From contig JAFRTE010000035.1 of NCBI GenBank assembly GCA_017427285.1, positions 6,038 through 70,037 of the forward strand: a stretch of 64,000 bases of DNA. The letters are read 5' to 3'. Both the position numbers and the translations under genes were made by a program. Positions 1-9,254 of the stretch are shown here, in pieces. The DNA comes from Clostridia bacterium (GTDB lineage: Bacteria > Bacillota > Clostridia > Oscillospirales > UBA644). Every line of letters begins with the position of its first letter. The first letter of the stretch is position 1. The notes beneath the pieces are model-generated. The model made no database searches and was not told the origin of the DNA. It saw only the letters and a list, made by a program, of their open reading frames with translations.

Positions 1-593
1 ATGATATGTGCGTCAGGATACTCACTGCGTATTCTGCTGGATGCGCTGATGAAATTCAGGAAGCTGTCAGGCGTGGTGGCGACCGTAAACACAAGTGGAT
101 CGAAATACAGACGATCCATGGCGACGCCGTATTCCGCTGCCTTCTTCACAATCCGGTGAAAGCTCTCCATCCGCTTATCCACCGTATCCGGCATACCGGT
201 TTCGTCGAGCAGAAGCGCGATTATCTTCCAGTCGTTTTGTCCTTTGGCCTCTCGGTTTACAACCGAAAATATCCTGTCGGTTTTGTCCCCTTCGAGGGAG
301 ACCGAATTGATGATGCCCGGATTTTTGCAGAGGGGAATGCACGTCAGGATCGTGTCGAGATTCGGGCTGTCGAGGCTGAAGCGCACGTCGGGGTGATCGT
401 CCTGAATGAGTTCGATCATCCAGCAGAGAACATCCGCGTCTTCCTCCGGTACACCGGAACAGATATCAAGATAATCCGCACGGGTGTCGAGCTGGCGCGA
501 AGCAAGATCTCGGATGAACGCCCCATCCCGGTTCCGGATCGCCTCTGCCACGGATTTGATGGCTCCGTTAAGTTTTTCTCCAATGATCAGCAT
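1..593 (-). CDS. acsE: Methyltetrahydrofolate:corrinoid methyltransferase (AcsE / pterin-binding family), 3' end outside window
   Basis: Not in ORF track; manual translation from ATG 593 (SD AAGGAG upstream) gives MLIIGEKLNGAIKSVAEAIRNRD...YLDICSG...FSLDSPN...GIINSVSLEG...LYFDPLV, open to the window edge; matches AcsE/MeTr motifs. Confidence 0.85.
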   Translation of the reverse strand, partial: MLIIGEKLNGAIKSVAEAIRNRDGAFIRDLASRQLDTRADYLDICSGVPEEDADVLCWMIELIQDDHPDVRFSLDSPNLDTILTCIPLCKNPGIINSVSLEGDKTDRIFSVVNREAKGQNDWKIIALLLDETGMPDTVDKRMESFHRIVKKAAEYGVAMDRLYFDPLVFTVATTPDSFLNFISASSRIRSEYPDAHI

Positions 594-650
594 AGCATGT
601 CTCCTTGTTATCAACTTATTTTTGTATTTTTGAGTAGGCTTTGTATGTAA

Positions 651-1673
651 TTATGCGCGGACGCGCTCATCCAGTTCATTTATGACCGAAGGGATGATCT
701 CAAAGAGATCGCCCTTCACTGCGATATCCGCGAGCTTCATCATTGGCGTCGTGTCGTCAACGTCGATGGCGATAATCGTTTTGCAGGACTGCATCCCGAT
801 AAGGTGCTGGATTTGTCCGGAGATCCCGCAGGCGATGTAGACGTCCGCCTGTACAGTCGCGCCGGTCTGCCCCACCTGATGCGGGTAGCCGATCCAGCCG
901 TTGTCCACCGCCGCCCGGCTCGCTCCCACAGCGCCGCCGATCCGCTTCGCGAAATCCTCCAGCAGCTGAAACCCCGCTGGCCCTCCCATGGCGCGTCCGC
1001 CCGCAACGATGATTTGGGCTTCGCTGAGGTTGACGGAGGACTCCTTCCGCTCGACGACGCGAAGGATTTCCTTGATTCCCGCGGCGTCTTCGGGCACAGT
1101 CTCCTCCCGGATGATCTCCCCGGTCCGGTTAAGGTCCGGTACAGGCGCCCGCATGACCTTCGGACGGACCGTCGCCATCTGCGGACGGTATTCCACGCTT
1201 CGGATGGTCGCCATGATGTTGCCGCCGAATGCGGGACGGGTCTGGAGCAGCTCTCCCGTTTCGGGATCAATGGCGAGGGCGGTACAGTCCGCGGTCAACC
1301 CCGCCTCGATTTTCCCGGCCAGCCGGGGGATCAGCGCACGTCCCCGGTTCGTGGCGGCTCCGAGCATGATTTCAGGGCGGTATTTCGCCGTAAGACGCTC
1401 GAGGATATGGCATTCGAGCTCGTCGTTGAATGCGCCGAGGCGTGGGTCTTCCACAAGGATCACGCGGTCCGCGCCGTATGAGATTAGCGATTCTGCCGCG
1501 CCTCCGAGTCCGCTCCCAAGGACGACCGTCCAGACCTCACATGCCCGCTTTGCGGCGAGCTCCCGTGCGATCCCTAAAAGCTCGAACGAAACTGGCAGGA
1601 CCTCTCCTCCGAGAATCTCGGATATGGTCCAAATGTTCCGGTACTCTTTCTTTTCATATTCGTTTACTTTCAT
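651..1673 (-). CDS. etfA: Electron transfer flavoprotein alpha subunit
   Basis: GLTADCT, RPAFGGN, QMATVRP, GASRAAVD, QVGQTG, GISGQIQH motifs; SD AAGGAGG. Confidence 0.95.
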   Translation of the reverse strand: MKVNEYEKKEYRNIWTISEILGGEVLPVSFELLGIARELAAKRACEVWTVVLGSGLGGAAESLISYGADRVILVEDPRLGAFNDELECHILERLTAKYRPEIMLGAATNRGRALIPRLAGKIEAGLTADCTALAIDPETGELLQTRPAFGGNIMATIRSVEYRPQMATVRPKVMRAPVPDLNRTGEIIREETVPEDAAGIKEILRVVERKESSVNLSEAQIIVAGGRAMGGPAGFQLLEDFAKRIGGAVGASRAAVDNGWIGYPHQVGQTGATVQADVYIACGISGQIQHLIGMQSCKTIIAIDVDDTTPMMKLADIAVKGDLFEIIPSVINELDERVRA

Positions 1674-1685
1674 GCTCAGCCCTCC

Positions 1686-2474
1686 TTATAAGAGTCCGCG
1701 CGCCAGCATCTCGCCGACCAACAATTTCGCCGCATCCGCCGGAGCGCCAGAAATGGTCAAGGTATCTGTGTTCCGAATTGCGGGAGGCTCTGTACGTACC
1801 ACCCGGGTCGGGGATGCTGCGAGACCGATTTTGTCGGGATCAGCGCCGATGTCCTTATATGTCCAGAGGGGGATTTCAATCCGTCTGGCTTCTCTTGCCC
1901 TGCGAAGGGTCGGGATGCGAGGAACGTTAATGTCCTTCACTACAGTGATCAGTGCAGGCGTTTGCAGCCTGACGATGTCATATCCCCTTTCGTTCATCCG
2001 GCGGACGGTGAGCGTTCCGTTTCCGATTTCGTCCACCTGCATGACGTTTGCCGCCTGCATAATATTCAACTTTGCTGCGATTCCGGGACCGACCTGAGCG
2101 GTATCCCCGTCGATCGCCTGCTTTCCGCACAGGATCAGATCTACACCGCCGACTGTCTCAATGGCTTTTGCCAGCGCGTAGCTTGTCGCCCATGTATCCG
2201 AGCCGGCAAACTCCCTGCCGCAGAGCAGAAACGCCCGGTCCGCTCCCATGGAAAGCGCCTCGGTAAGGACGTTCTTCGCGCTCTCGGGACCCATGGACAG
2301 TGCGATCACCTCGCCGCCGACCCATTCCCGGATACGTATAGCCTCTTCGAGTGCATACAGATCGAAGGGATTCAGAACCGCTTTCGTCCCCTCGCGGATG
2401 ATTCGCTTAGTTTCGGGATCGATCTTCGCGTCGGTCGTTGCGGGAACCTGCTTGACACAGACTACTATTTTCAT
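1686..2474 (-). CDS. etfB: Electron transfer flavoprotein beta subunit
   Basis: Start reassigned to MKIVVCVKQVP (ATG 2474, SD GAGGAGG, ATGA overlap with metF stop); NPFD, LSMGP, GSDTWAT, GKQAIDGDTAQVGP motifs. Confidence 0.95.
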   Translation of the reverse strand: MKIVVCVKQVPATTDAKIDPETKRIIREGTKAVLNPFDLYALEEAIRIREWVGGEVIALSMGPESAKNVLTEALSMGADRAFLLCGREFAGSDTWATSYALAKAIETVGGVDLILCGKQAIDGDTAQVGPGIAAKLNIMQAANVMQVDEIGNGTLTVRRMNERGYDIVRLQTPALITVVKDINVPRIPTLRRAREARRIEIPLWTYKDIGADPDKIGLAASPTRVVRTEPPAIRNTDTLTISGAPADAAKLLVGEMLARGLL

Positions 2475-3286
2475 TTGCTGTTCCTCCTCTCTTCCGCCAT
2501 TTCCTCGATGGCGGAATACTGCGTTTTGAAGCCGAGAAGGGAGAGATAGAATCCGCACCCCGGATACAGTTTCAGAAGTGTTTCCAGCGTCCCGATCGGA
2601 TCGAAGGCCGCGTCCTCCGGAATGGGATAGCCAACCACATCCGAAAGCAGGAAGAGCTTTTTCGACATCCACGCCTCTACGATCACAGGCAGATCGGGAT
2701 ATTCCGCGAGCAGACGGTCCACAGCCGCGTTTCGTTCGATGATCGGCTGCGTGATGACGAACGACGCCCCCGCATCAAGTTTTCGTTTCAGCTTTTCAAA
2801 TTCATGCTCCTCCGGTTCGTACGGGTTGAAGGCGACGCCGACTGCGAATGACGGATAATGCTTCCGGATATACCGCGTCAGATCCACGGAGGTGACGGAT
2901 GCAGTGCCGTCCGCTTCCGCTTCGGAAGGCTTCAGTTTCGGCAGCCGTGGAGAGCCGTCCCCGCTGATCGCAAGGATCGAATTGATTCCCAGCTTTTCGC
3001 ATGATTCGAGGATGTCGTCGAGATTTTGTTTCGTGTGGAAGGTGTTGAGATGGATCAGAATCTGATCCGGACGCGCGCGGAGTCCGAGCTCCTTGATGCA
3101 CTCGTGCCCCTGAAATGCAAGAAGACCCATCGCGTTATCGGTGATCGAGGCTGTGAATCCGCTCTCCATCACTCGCTCGAATTTAGACGCGAAAAGATCA
3201 AGATCTTCTTCGAGCTTCTGGGAATCCTGCTTCGGCGGGATGATTTCAATGTGGAACCCGGACGGGTCGCTTCTTGTGAAGATCAT
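2471..3286 (-). CDS. metF: Methylenetetrahydrofolate reductase (MetF family)
   Basis: EIIPPK, ITDN, HLN, AISGD, VAFNPY, KLDAGASFVITQP motifs of the MTHFR fold. Confidence 0.85.
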   Translation of the reverse strand: MIFTRSDPSGFHIEIIPPKQDSQKLEEDLDLFASKFERVMESGFTASITDNAMGLLAFQGHECIKELGLRARPDQILIHLNTFHTKQNLDDILESCEKLGINSILAISGDGSPRLPKLKPSEAEADGTASVTSVDLTRYIRKHYPSFAVGVAFNPYEPEEHEFEKLKRKLDAGASFVITQPIIERNAAVDRLLAEYPDLPVIVEAWMSKKLFLLSDVVGYPIPEDAAFDPIGTLETLLKLYPGCGFYLSLLGFKTQYSAIEEMAEERRNSK

Positions 3287-3670
3287 ACGGAACCTGTGCC
3301 GTGCGGCTGCGGCGGGAAACGATTGTCAGGATGAGACGGATGCCGCGGGATTTTCCGTTTCATTTGAGGTGCCTCGGACAAATATCTGTCGTAAGAGGTT
3401 TCTTTTCGAGAATGGGGTACTTCAGGTCTGCCGTCAGAAATGACTTCCGTTCAGGCATCGTCTTCCGCCACCCGCGCGTTCGCCTTGTCTGCGCCGACAT
3501 CCGTTTTGCAGGGACCGGATAAGTGCCGTTCTGAGAGATGAAATTCCAAGTGGCGGCGAGCATGACAACGGGATAGCGGCGGGCGGCGAAACTACCGGCA
3601 GGCATGAGGAGCACTGATATTCGGACAGAATAAAATTATATACCTACTCACCTAGTTGGCTACTGGGCGT

Positions 3671-3699
3671 ATTATACAGGAAATCCGTATCTTTGTCAA
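3671..3699 (-). promoter_or_regulatory. sigmaA promoter for the metF-etf-acsE operon
   Basis: TTGACA-17 nt-TATAAT perfect consensus on minus strand. Confidence 0.75.
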
Positions 3700-3735
3700 G
3701 TATTCGCGATCCAGACACACAAATTTAACATATTA

Positions 3736-3816
3736 TACCTGCTTGAGCTGTTTGAACTGCTCGAGCCGAAACACCAAAGACTCTTGCTGCATATCGCAAA
3801 AGAGCTTGCCCAATAG
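3736..3816 (+). pseudogene. Possible C-terminal remnant of an XRE/HTH-type regulator
   Basis: Startless frame YLLELFELLEPKHQRLLLHIAKELAQ* resembles the C-terminal helices of small XRE regulators; weak resemblance only. Confidence 0.25.
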
Positions 3817-3884
3817 AACAGGAAAGAAAAACCGGGGCCGATTAACACACCTCGCGCTTTTTGCTCTTGTTTCAGAGTTCGCTT

Positions 3885-4079
3885 TTAATATGGGGTGTCA
3901 AACTGCTGAAAAAACGGCCGTTTTCGGCGAAAATTGGGTGTCAAACTGCCTTTCGCAAACCGAAAAAGGAATGCAAAATGAGTCTCAGGCACGAACATGA
4001 GAACATTTCCTATGAACATCAGGATGATCGTCGTCATGATGGCATTCCGTTTGAGCTTGTCCAGACTTTGAAAAAGCAT
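3885..4079 (-). pseudogene. N-terminal fragment of a membrane protein running into the repeat region
   Basis: SD GAGGGG then MLFQSLDKLKRNAIMTTIILMFIGNVLMFVPE (one TM helix), then reads into the direct repeats and stops. Confidence 0.45.
3891..3949. repeat. Direct repeat GGGTGTCAAACTGC x2, candidate integrase arm-type sites at an element end
   Basis: 14-bp exact repeat at ~3893-3906 and ~3936-3949 located at the compositional boundary. Confidence 0.55.
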
Positions 4080-4143
4080 ACGTGACCCCTCTTGCAAAGA
4101 TTTTGAATGATATCAGATTTTACTGTACAATACTCGCCAAGTG

Positions 4144-4368
4144 TTAAAGTATTGTTTGCGTTTTGTTAACGGTCTTTGCAAACTCATAGCCGTCGATTTC
4201 CGGCATCATGATATCTGAAATAATGAGATCGAACATTGTTTCATACATGGCATCATAAGCATCGCCTGCATTCAGACAGCCGGTCGCCTCGTAGCCGTTC
4301 TGTTTCAGGAAGGAGCAAACCGAGCGATTCAGATTTCTGTCGTCTTCCACCACAAGAAGCTTAAACAT
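4144..4368 (-). pseudogene. Truncated response regulator (partial receiver domain)
   Basis: MFKLLVVEDD...FDLIISDIMMPEIDGYEF then stop after 74 aa; lacks the second half of the receiver and any output domain; SD GAGGTG. Confidence 0.8.
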
Positions 4369-4470
4369 AGTGCTCACCTCTACATTGATTATCACTAATA
4401 ATACGCTATGTCGATCCTCCACTTGATTTTCTCCGCAAAATGTGGTATTATAATGGCGGAGGGAATGAAA

Positions 4471-5112
4471 ATGACGGAAAATATACAGGTTTTCAGGCAA
4501 AATCACATTTGTATCCGGTTCGGAAACAGAATAATACATACCGACCCGTTTATGTCGGATTTTTCGCCGCGAAACGCGGATTTTATACTGATCACTCACG
4601 ATCATCACGACCATTTTTCCTTAAAGGACATTGAAAAAACCGCGAATAAAAACACCGTGCTGATTTACCCCGAAGATATGCGTAAAAAGGCGGCGGAAGC
4701 CGAAAAATACGTCGGCAAAACGTTTTCCGTAAAACCGTGTGAAAGCCGTAATATCGAAGGACTTGAATTTGAGACCGTTCCTTCTTACAATATCGGCAAG
4801 CCGTTTCATCCGAAAAGCGCGGGCTGGGTAGGATATATCCTTAAAATCGACGGAAAACGCATATATATTGCGGGCGATACGGACGACACGAAAGAGGCGG
4901 AGCAGGTAAAATGCGATATCGCTCTCGTGCCGATAGGCGGTACGTATACGATGAACGCTTTGCAGGCGGCGGAATTTATAAATATAATAAAGCCGGAAAT
5001 CGCAATCCCCGTCCATTACGGCGGGATCGTCGGCAGCGTTAAAGACGGAGAAACGTTTGAAAAAGCGGTTGACAAAGATATTAAAGTGGAATTTAAAATA
5101 AAATTCCGATAA
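4471..5112 (+). CDS. MBL-fold metallo-hydrolase (UPF0173-like)
   Basis: THDHHDH, FHPK, IYIAGDT, PIGG, IPVHYG motifs; SD GGAGG. Confidence 0.9.
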   Translation: MTENIQVFRQNHICIRFGNRIIHTDPFMSDFSPRNADFILITHDHHDHFSLKDIEKTANKNTVLIYPEDMRKKAAEAEKYVGKTFSVKPCESRNIEGLEFETVPSYNIGKPFHPKSAGWVGYILKIDGKRIYIAGDTDDTKEAEQVKCDIALVPIGGTYTMNALQAAEFINIIKPEIAIPVHYGGIVGSVKDGETFEKAVDKDIKVEFKIKFR

Positions 5113-5145
5113 TGCTTACAATAACGTAAATGCGGTAAAACTGAT

Positions 5146-6027
5146 ATGTCGGTTATTAAAGAGCGGATAGGTTTTATTCTCGCGGTGGTCCTTTACGGCA
5201 CCATCGGTATGTTTCTGCGCTTTGTTTCTCTTCCGAGCGAAGCGGTTGCGTTTTACCGCGGAGTTATAGGCGCGGTCGTGATCCTGCTGTGGCTCGTTAT
5301 CCGAAAAAAGCTGCCTGACGTTAAAAAAATAGGTAAAAATATAGTTTTGCTTCTCGTTTCGGGCGTAGGTCTCGGCTTTAACTGGATTTTTCTTTTCGCG
5401 GCGTATACGAATACGACCGTTGCGGTGGCGAGTCTTTGCAACTATATGGCGCCGATATTCGTTATAATCCTTACGCCCCTCGTTCTTAAAGAAAAGCTCG
5501 ACAAACGGAAGATCCCCTGTATCTGCGCGGCATTTCTGGGAATCATTCTCGTTTCGGGCATCATAGGCGGCAACATAGGCAATATCGCGGGCGTTATTTA
5601 CGGTATTCTCGGGGCGTTTTGCTTTACGGGCATAGTTTTTTGCAACCGTAAGCTCAAAGACGTTTCCGCATTTGACAGATCGCTCGTTCAGCTTGCCGTT
5701 TCAGCGCTGACAGTCCTGCCTTACGTGTTGATAAAAAACGGAGGACTGCCTTTGCCGGACCTGAAATCCGGACTTATAGTTCTGATGCTCGGCGTTTTGC
5801 AGACGGGCGTTGCGTACTGCCTTTATTTCAGCGGAATGGCGTCTCTGCCCGTTCAGAGCGTTGCGATACTCGGATATCTCGAGCCGGTCGTTTCCGTACT
5901 TTGCTCCGTACTGTTTCTACGCGAAGTTCTCGGTTTACTTGGCTGGGCGGGCGCCCTGCTCGTGCTTGCGGCGGCCGTGATAAGCGAAATTATCCCCGAG
6001 AAACCTACTGTTAAGGAGGAAACATGA
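5146..6027 (+). CDS. DMT/EamA family transporter
   Basis: ~10 hydrophobic helices in two repeats; YLEPVVS motif. Confidence 0.9.
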   Translation: MSVIKERIGFILAVVLYGTIGMFLRFVSLPSEAVAFYRGVIGAVVILLWLVIRKKLPDVKKIGKNIVLLLVSGVGLGFNWIFLFAAYTNTTVAVASLCNYMAPIFVIILTPLVLKEKLDKRKIPCICAAFLGIILVSGIIGGNIGNIAGVIYGILGAFCFTGIVFCNRKLKDVSAFDRSLVQLAVSALTVLPYVLIKNGGLPLPDLKSGLIVLMLGVLQTGVAYCLYFSGMASLPVQSVAILGYLEPVVSVLCSVLFLREVLGLLGWAGALLVLAAAVISEIIPEKPTVKEET

Positions 6028-6554
6028 AAAAATATCTTTTAATTCTGGCGATCGTCTTCACATTTACCGTTATTTTTACCGCATGCGTTGCCGCCGCCGA
6101 TATTCCCGAAACGTCCGGCGCGGAAAATAACTATGATAATACAGAAACGGAGACGGAAACGGAAATGAATACGGAAAAAATAACCCCGTCGTGCGTGCTT
6201 GTTATAGAGGCGAACGGAAAGATCTTTTACGCAAATCTTGAGGACAATCCGTCTGCTGCGGCATTAACGGAAAAGCTCAATTCGGGCGCGATAACTCTCG
6301 AAATGCACGATTACGGCAATTTTGAAAAAGTCGGGTCTTTACCGTGGGAGCTTCCGAGAAGCGACAGTCAGATAACGACGAAGCCGGGAGACGTGATACT
6401 TTATCAGGGTAATCAGATAACGGTTTATTACGACGAAAACAGCTGGAATTTCACTAAACTTGCCGAAATAGGAAACACGTCAAAAGACGAACTGCTCGAA
6501 GCGTTCGGCGAAGGTGACGTTACCGTAAAATTTTCTCTCGAATGGGGAGAATAA
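6024..6554 (+). CDS. Lipoprotein with cyclophilin-like fold
   Basis: Lipobox-like FTAC; MHDYGNFEKVG, GDVILYQGNQITVYY, FTKL motifs. Confidence 0.8.
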   Translation: MKKYLLILAIVFTFTVIFTACVAAADIPETSGAENNYDNTETETETEMNTEKITPSCVLVIEANGKIFYANLEDNPSAAALTEKLNSGAITLEMHDYGNFEKVGSLPWELPRSDSQITTKPGDVILYQGNQITVYYDENSWNFTKLAEIGNTSKDELLEAFGEGDVTVKFSLEWGE

Positions 6555-6578
6555 ACGTTTTTCAGAAAAAGTACGCAT

Positions 6579-6619
6579 AAAAAAGACCTTGCGGGCGCAT
6601 AAATCCCGCAAGGTTTTTT
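6579..6619. terminator. Bidirectional intrinsic terminator
   Basis: Stem ACCTTGCGGG/CCCGCAAGGT flanked by A- and T-tracts between convergent genes. Confidence 0.8.
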
Positions 6620-6653
6620 GCTGTATTCGATCGGTATTACGGAAAAACGCCGT

Positions 6654-6992
6654 TTATCCTCTGCGTTCTTCTCTCAGCGGTCTTTCCCAAAATACTTTTC
6701 CGCCCGCTTCACCCGCAAGGGAATCGATAACGTCGCGGAGGTCTTTTAAAAACTTTTCCTCTCTTTTTTTTGAGCGTCTGCCCGTCGCGCTGAAAATCTC
6801 CTTTTCAAAATATGCGTCGTAAGAAACTGCAAAATCGTCCTCGCTTGTATACGGGAAAAAGCTTACAGATACCGTGTAACGTATATTCCCCGCTTCCGAA
6901 TCCGATGTCAGTTTTACCGAGGCGGCGCGTCTTTTTACGCCGTTGAAAGTCATTTCCGCCGCAAAATACTGCGCGTATACGTCTGTTGTCAT
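6654..6992 (-). CDS. Hypothetical protein (112 aa)
   Basis: SD GGAGG, ends near the terminator, protein-like composition. Confidence 0.7.
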   Translation of the reverse strand: MTTDVYAQYFAAEMTFNGVKRRAASVKLTSDSEAGNIRYTVSVSFFPYTSEDDFAVSYDAYFEKEIFSATGRRSKKREEKFLKDLRDVIDSLAGEAGGKVFWERPLREERRG

Positions 6993-7137
6993 TTCATTAC
7001 CTCCGTCTGTGCGGTTTTATTTTGATTTTCCTTGCCGCAGCAATGATCGCGATCACGGCAATTTTTATATATCGGATAATTCCTGTTGCCGAACGGATCG
7101 TCTCAGGGCGGTGAAGATCCGAGGCGTTTTTCGGCTT

Positions 7138-8643
7138 TTAATCTCCGCCTTTGTGGCCGCCGACCTGCCTGTTCCTCTCAATGGTGGTTGCACCTTCCTG
7201 GAGATTTATGCCTTTTAAAATTGCGTTTTTGCCGAATTTCCTTTTAAGCTCTATCGCCGCCTGCTGAATGCGTCGCTCTTTTTCTCTCGCCGCTTTTTCC
7301 GCCGCCTCCGTTTTTTCGGTTTCGGCCGGATCTTCAAAAAGCGAGAGCTGTTCGCGTCCGTTTTTTATCGGCGCCGCAGTTTCCGCAATAACGTGGTTTG
7401 CCACAACGTACATTCGGCGGACGGTCAAATCCCGGTCCGTTATCCTGTCGTAAAGCTCGGTCGCTTTTTTCATTATAAGCTTTGTTGAGGACGTAAATTC
7501 GCCGAGATTTATCGAACCGTGAGCTTTTTTCGGCGCTTTTCTGCCGTAATGGTCTGTTTCGACGGCGCCGTTGTAGCCGTTTTTGACGTTTTCCGTATCG
7601 TAGCCGACCGTAAGGACTATCTGGTCCGTAACAAGGCCTTTTTCAACGAGATCGAGTACGAGAAGATCGGTCATCTCGCATAAAACGAGCCGTCCCTTTT
7701 CCCAGCTGTACGGCTTTGAAAGCACCTGTCCAGAGCTTATGCTGTTGTTTTCTGGCCTGAACGCCTTGACATCCGCTATAGTTGTCGGTTCGTAGCCCCA
7801 CGCGTGGTTTATAAGCAGCTCCGCGTTTATACCGAATTCCCTGTAAAGCCACTCTTCGTTTCTGACCGAACAGAGCGCAATGTCTCCAAGCGTATAAATT
7901 CCCATTGTTTCAAGCCGTCTTGCAATGCCGCCGCCTATACGCCAGATATCGGTTATAGGTCTGTGACACCACAGCGTTTTGCGAAACGTCATAACGTCAA
8001 GCTCAGCTATGCGAACTCCGTATTCATCGGCAGGCATATGCTTTGCGGTAACGTCCATTGCAACTTTTGCAAGAAACAGGTTCGTACCTATGCCCGCCGT
8101 TGCCGTGATCCCCGTTTCGGCAAGCACGTTTTTTATCAGCCGCATCGCAAATTCGCGCGCCGTAAGATTATACATTTTCAAATACTGCGTTGCGTCTATA
8201 AAAACCTCGTCTACGGAATACGCGAAAATATCTTCCGGCGAAACGTCCCGCAGATACACCGAATAGACCTGCCCGCTTACGCGCATATATTCTCTCATGC
8301 GCGGGACGGCGCGTATAAAATCAACTTCAAGCGACGGATCCGACGAAAGCGCGGTATAATCGTCGGATTTTCCGGAAAACGGTCTGCCGCGAAGCGCGTA
8401 TTTCCGTTGGGCGTTTACCTCTTTTATGCGCTGAACCGCCTCGAAAAGTCTTGCTCTGCCCGAAATTCCGTATGATTTTAGCGACGGTGAAACCGCAAGG
8501 CATATCGTCTTTTCCGTTCGGCTCTCGTCGGCTACGACAAGGTTTGTCGTCAGCGGGTCGCGGCCCAGCGCAACGCATTCGACCGAAGCGTAAAAAGACT
8601 TCAGGTCTATCGCAATGTATTTTCTGTTTCCGTCGTCCGTCAT
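7138..8643 (-). CDS. Y-family error-prone DNA polymerase (UmuC/ImpB/MucB type)
   Basis: IAIDLKSFYASVE and YSVDEVFID catalytic motifs, GIGTNLFLAK, QLSLF clamp-binding motif, C-terminal RNRQVGGH. Confidence 0.92.
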   Translation of the reverse strand: MTDDGNRKYIAIDLKSFYASVECVALGRDPLTTNLVVADESRTEKTICLAVSPSLKSYGISGRARLFEAVQRIKEVNAQRKYALRGRPFSGKSDDYTALSSDPSLEVDFIRAVPRMREYMRVSGQVYSVYLRDVSPEDIFAYSVDEVFIDATQYLKMYNLTAREFAMRLIKNVLAETGITATAGIGTNLFLAKVAMDVTAKHMPADEYGVRIAELDVMTFRKTLWCHRPITDIWRIGGGIARRLETMGIYTLGDIALCSVRNEEWLYREFGINAELLINHAWGYEPTTIADVKAFRPENNSISSGQVLSKPYSWEKGRLVLCEMTDLLVLDLVEKGLVTDQIVLTVGYDTENVKNGYNGAVETDHYGRKAPKKAHGSINLGEFTSSTKLIMKKATELYDRITDRDLTVRRMYVVANHVIAETAAPIKNGREQLSLFEDPAETEKTEAAEKAAREKERRIQQAAIELKRKFGKNAILKGINLQEGATTIERNRQVGGHKGGD

Positions 8644-8687
8644 ACGCGCGCCGCCTTTCCTCTCAAAAAATCATTCGCCGGAAAATG

Positions 8688-9119
8688 TCATTTTGCCCCG
8701 CTTATCCGTTTTTCAAGTGCCTTTTTCAGATATTCATATCGTTTTTTCTTTTCTTCTTTTGAGAAATGGACGTCTTTGAACTGTTCGGGACAGTTTTCGT
8801 AATCAAGCGCGGTATCGCCGAACTGTTCGCTCGTAAGGTCAAAAACGCCGCCGTCTATTACGTTGAAACAGTGAAAATTACCGTCGTCAAGAGGCACTCC
8901 GCATACCTTTCCGCCGAATATGTCCTGCAATGCAAACGCAGTTACAGAGCACTGACCGAGCGTTTTGTTTTCGCTTTTCCATTCGCCGCGCATCCTCGGC
9001 GCGCATGTTTCGGCGCACCAGATATCGGAGAGAATATCGTAGTAATCGCAAAGATTTCGTCCGTTTCCGTCCGTTACGGTATCGGCTCTCTGCCATCCGT
9101 AAAAATCGTATCTTTTCAT
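8688..9119 (-). CDS. YunG-like protein
   Basis: WCAETC, GQCSVTA, GG, HCFN, DLTSEQF pattern typical of the YunG family. Confidence 0.7.
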   Translation of the reverse strand: MKRYDFYGWQRADTVTDGNGRNLCDYYDILSDIWCAETCAPRMRGEWKSENKTLGQCSVTAFALQDIFGGKVCGVPLDDGNFHCFNVIDGGVFDLTSEQFGDTALDYENCPEQFKDVHFSKEEKKKRYEYLKKALEKRISGAK

Positions 9120-9155
9120 TTTGTTCTCCGTTTTTTTTACTTTGAGTCCGATGCC

Positions 9156-9184
9156 ATTATATCACACTTTGCGAAATCTGTCAA
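9156..9184 (-). promoter_or_regulatory. sigmaA promoter for yunG-umuC
   Basis: TTGACA-17-TATAAT with extended TG. Confidence 0.75.
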
Positions 9185-9225
9185 CAGGAAAAACAAGATT
9201 TTTTTAATAAAATTGCGAATATTAC

Positions 9226-9254
9226 TTGACAGAAGGCAAATTTTATGCTATATT
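9226..9254 (+). promoter_or_regulatory. sigmaA promoter for yolD-like gene
   Basis: TTGACA-17-TATATT with TG extension. Confidence 0.65.

Noticed and set aside
6-650. 214-aa plus-strand ORF
   Set aside because: Antisense shadow of the acsE-like gene, which has clear motifs and an SD
804-2549. Several long plus-strand ORFs (e.g. 988..2097)
   Set aside because: Antisense to etfA/etfB in GC-rich sequence; no motifs
2475-2672. N-terminal extension of etfB in the ORF track
   Set aside because: Overlaps metF; the family start MKIVVCVKQ with SD is at 2474
3480-3670. Known THF, cobalamin or SAM riboswitch upstream of metF
   Set aside because: Consensus elements could not be matched by eye; left as an open leader finding
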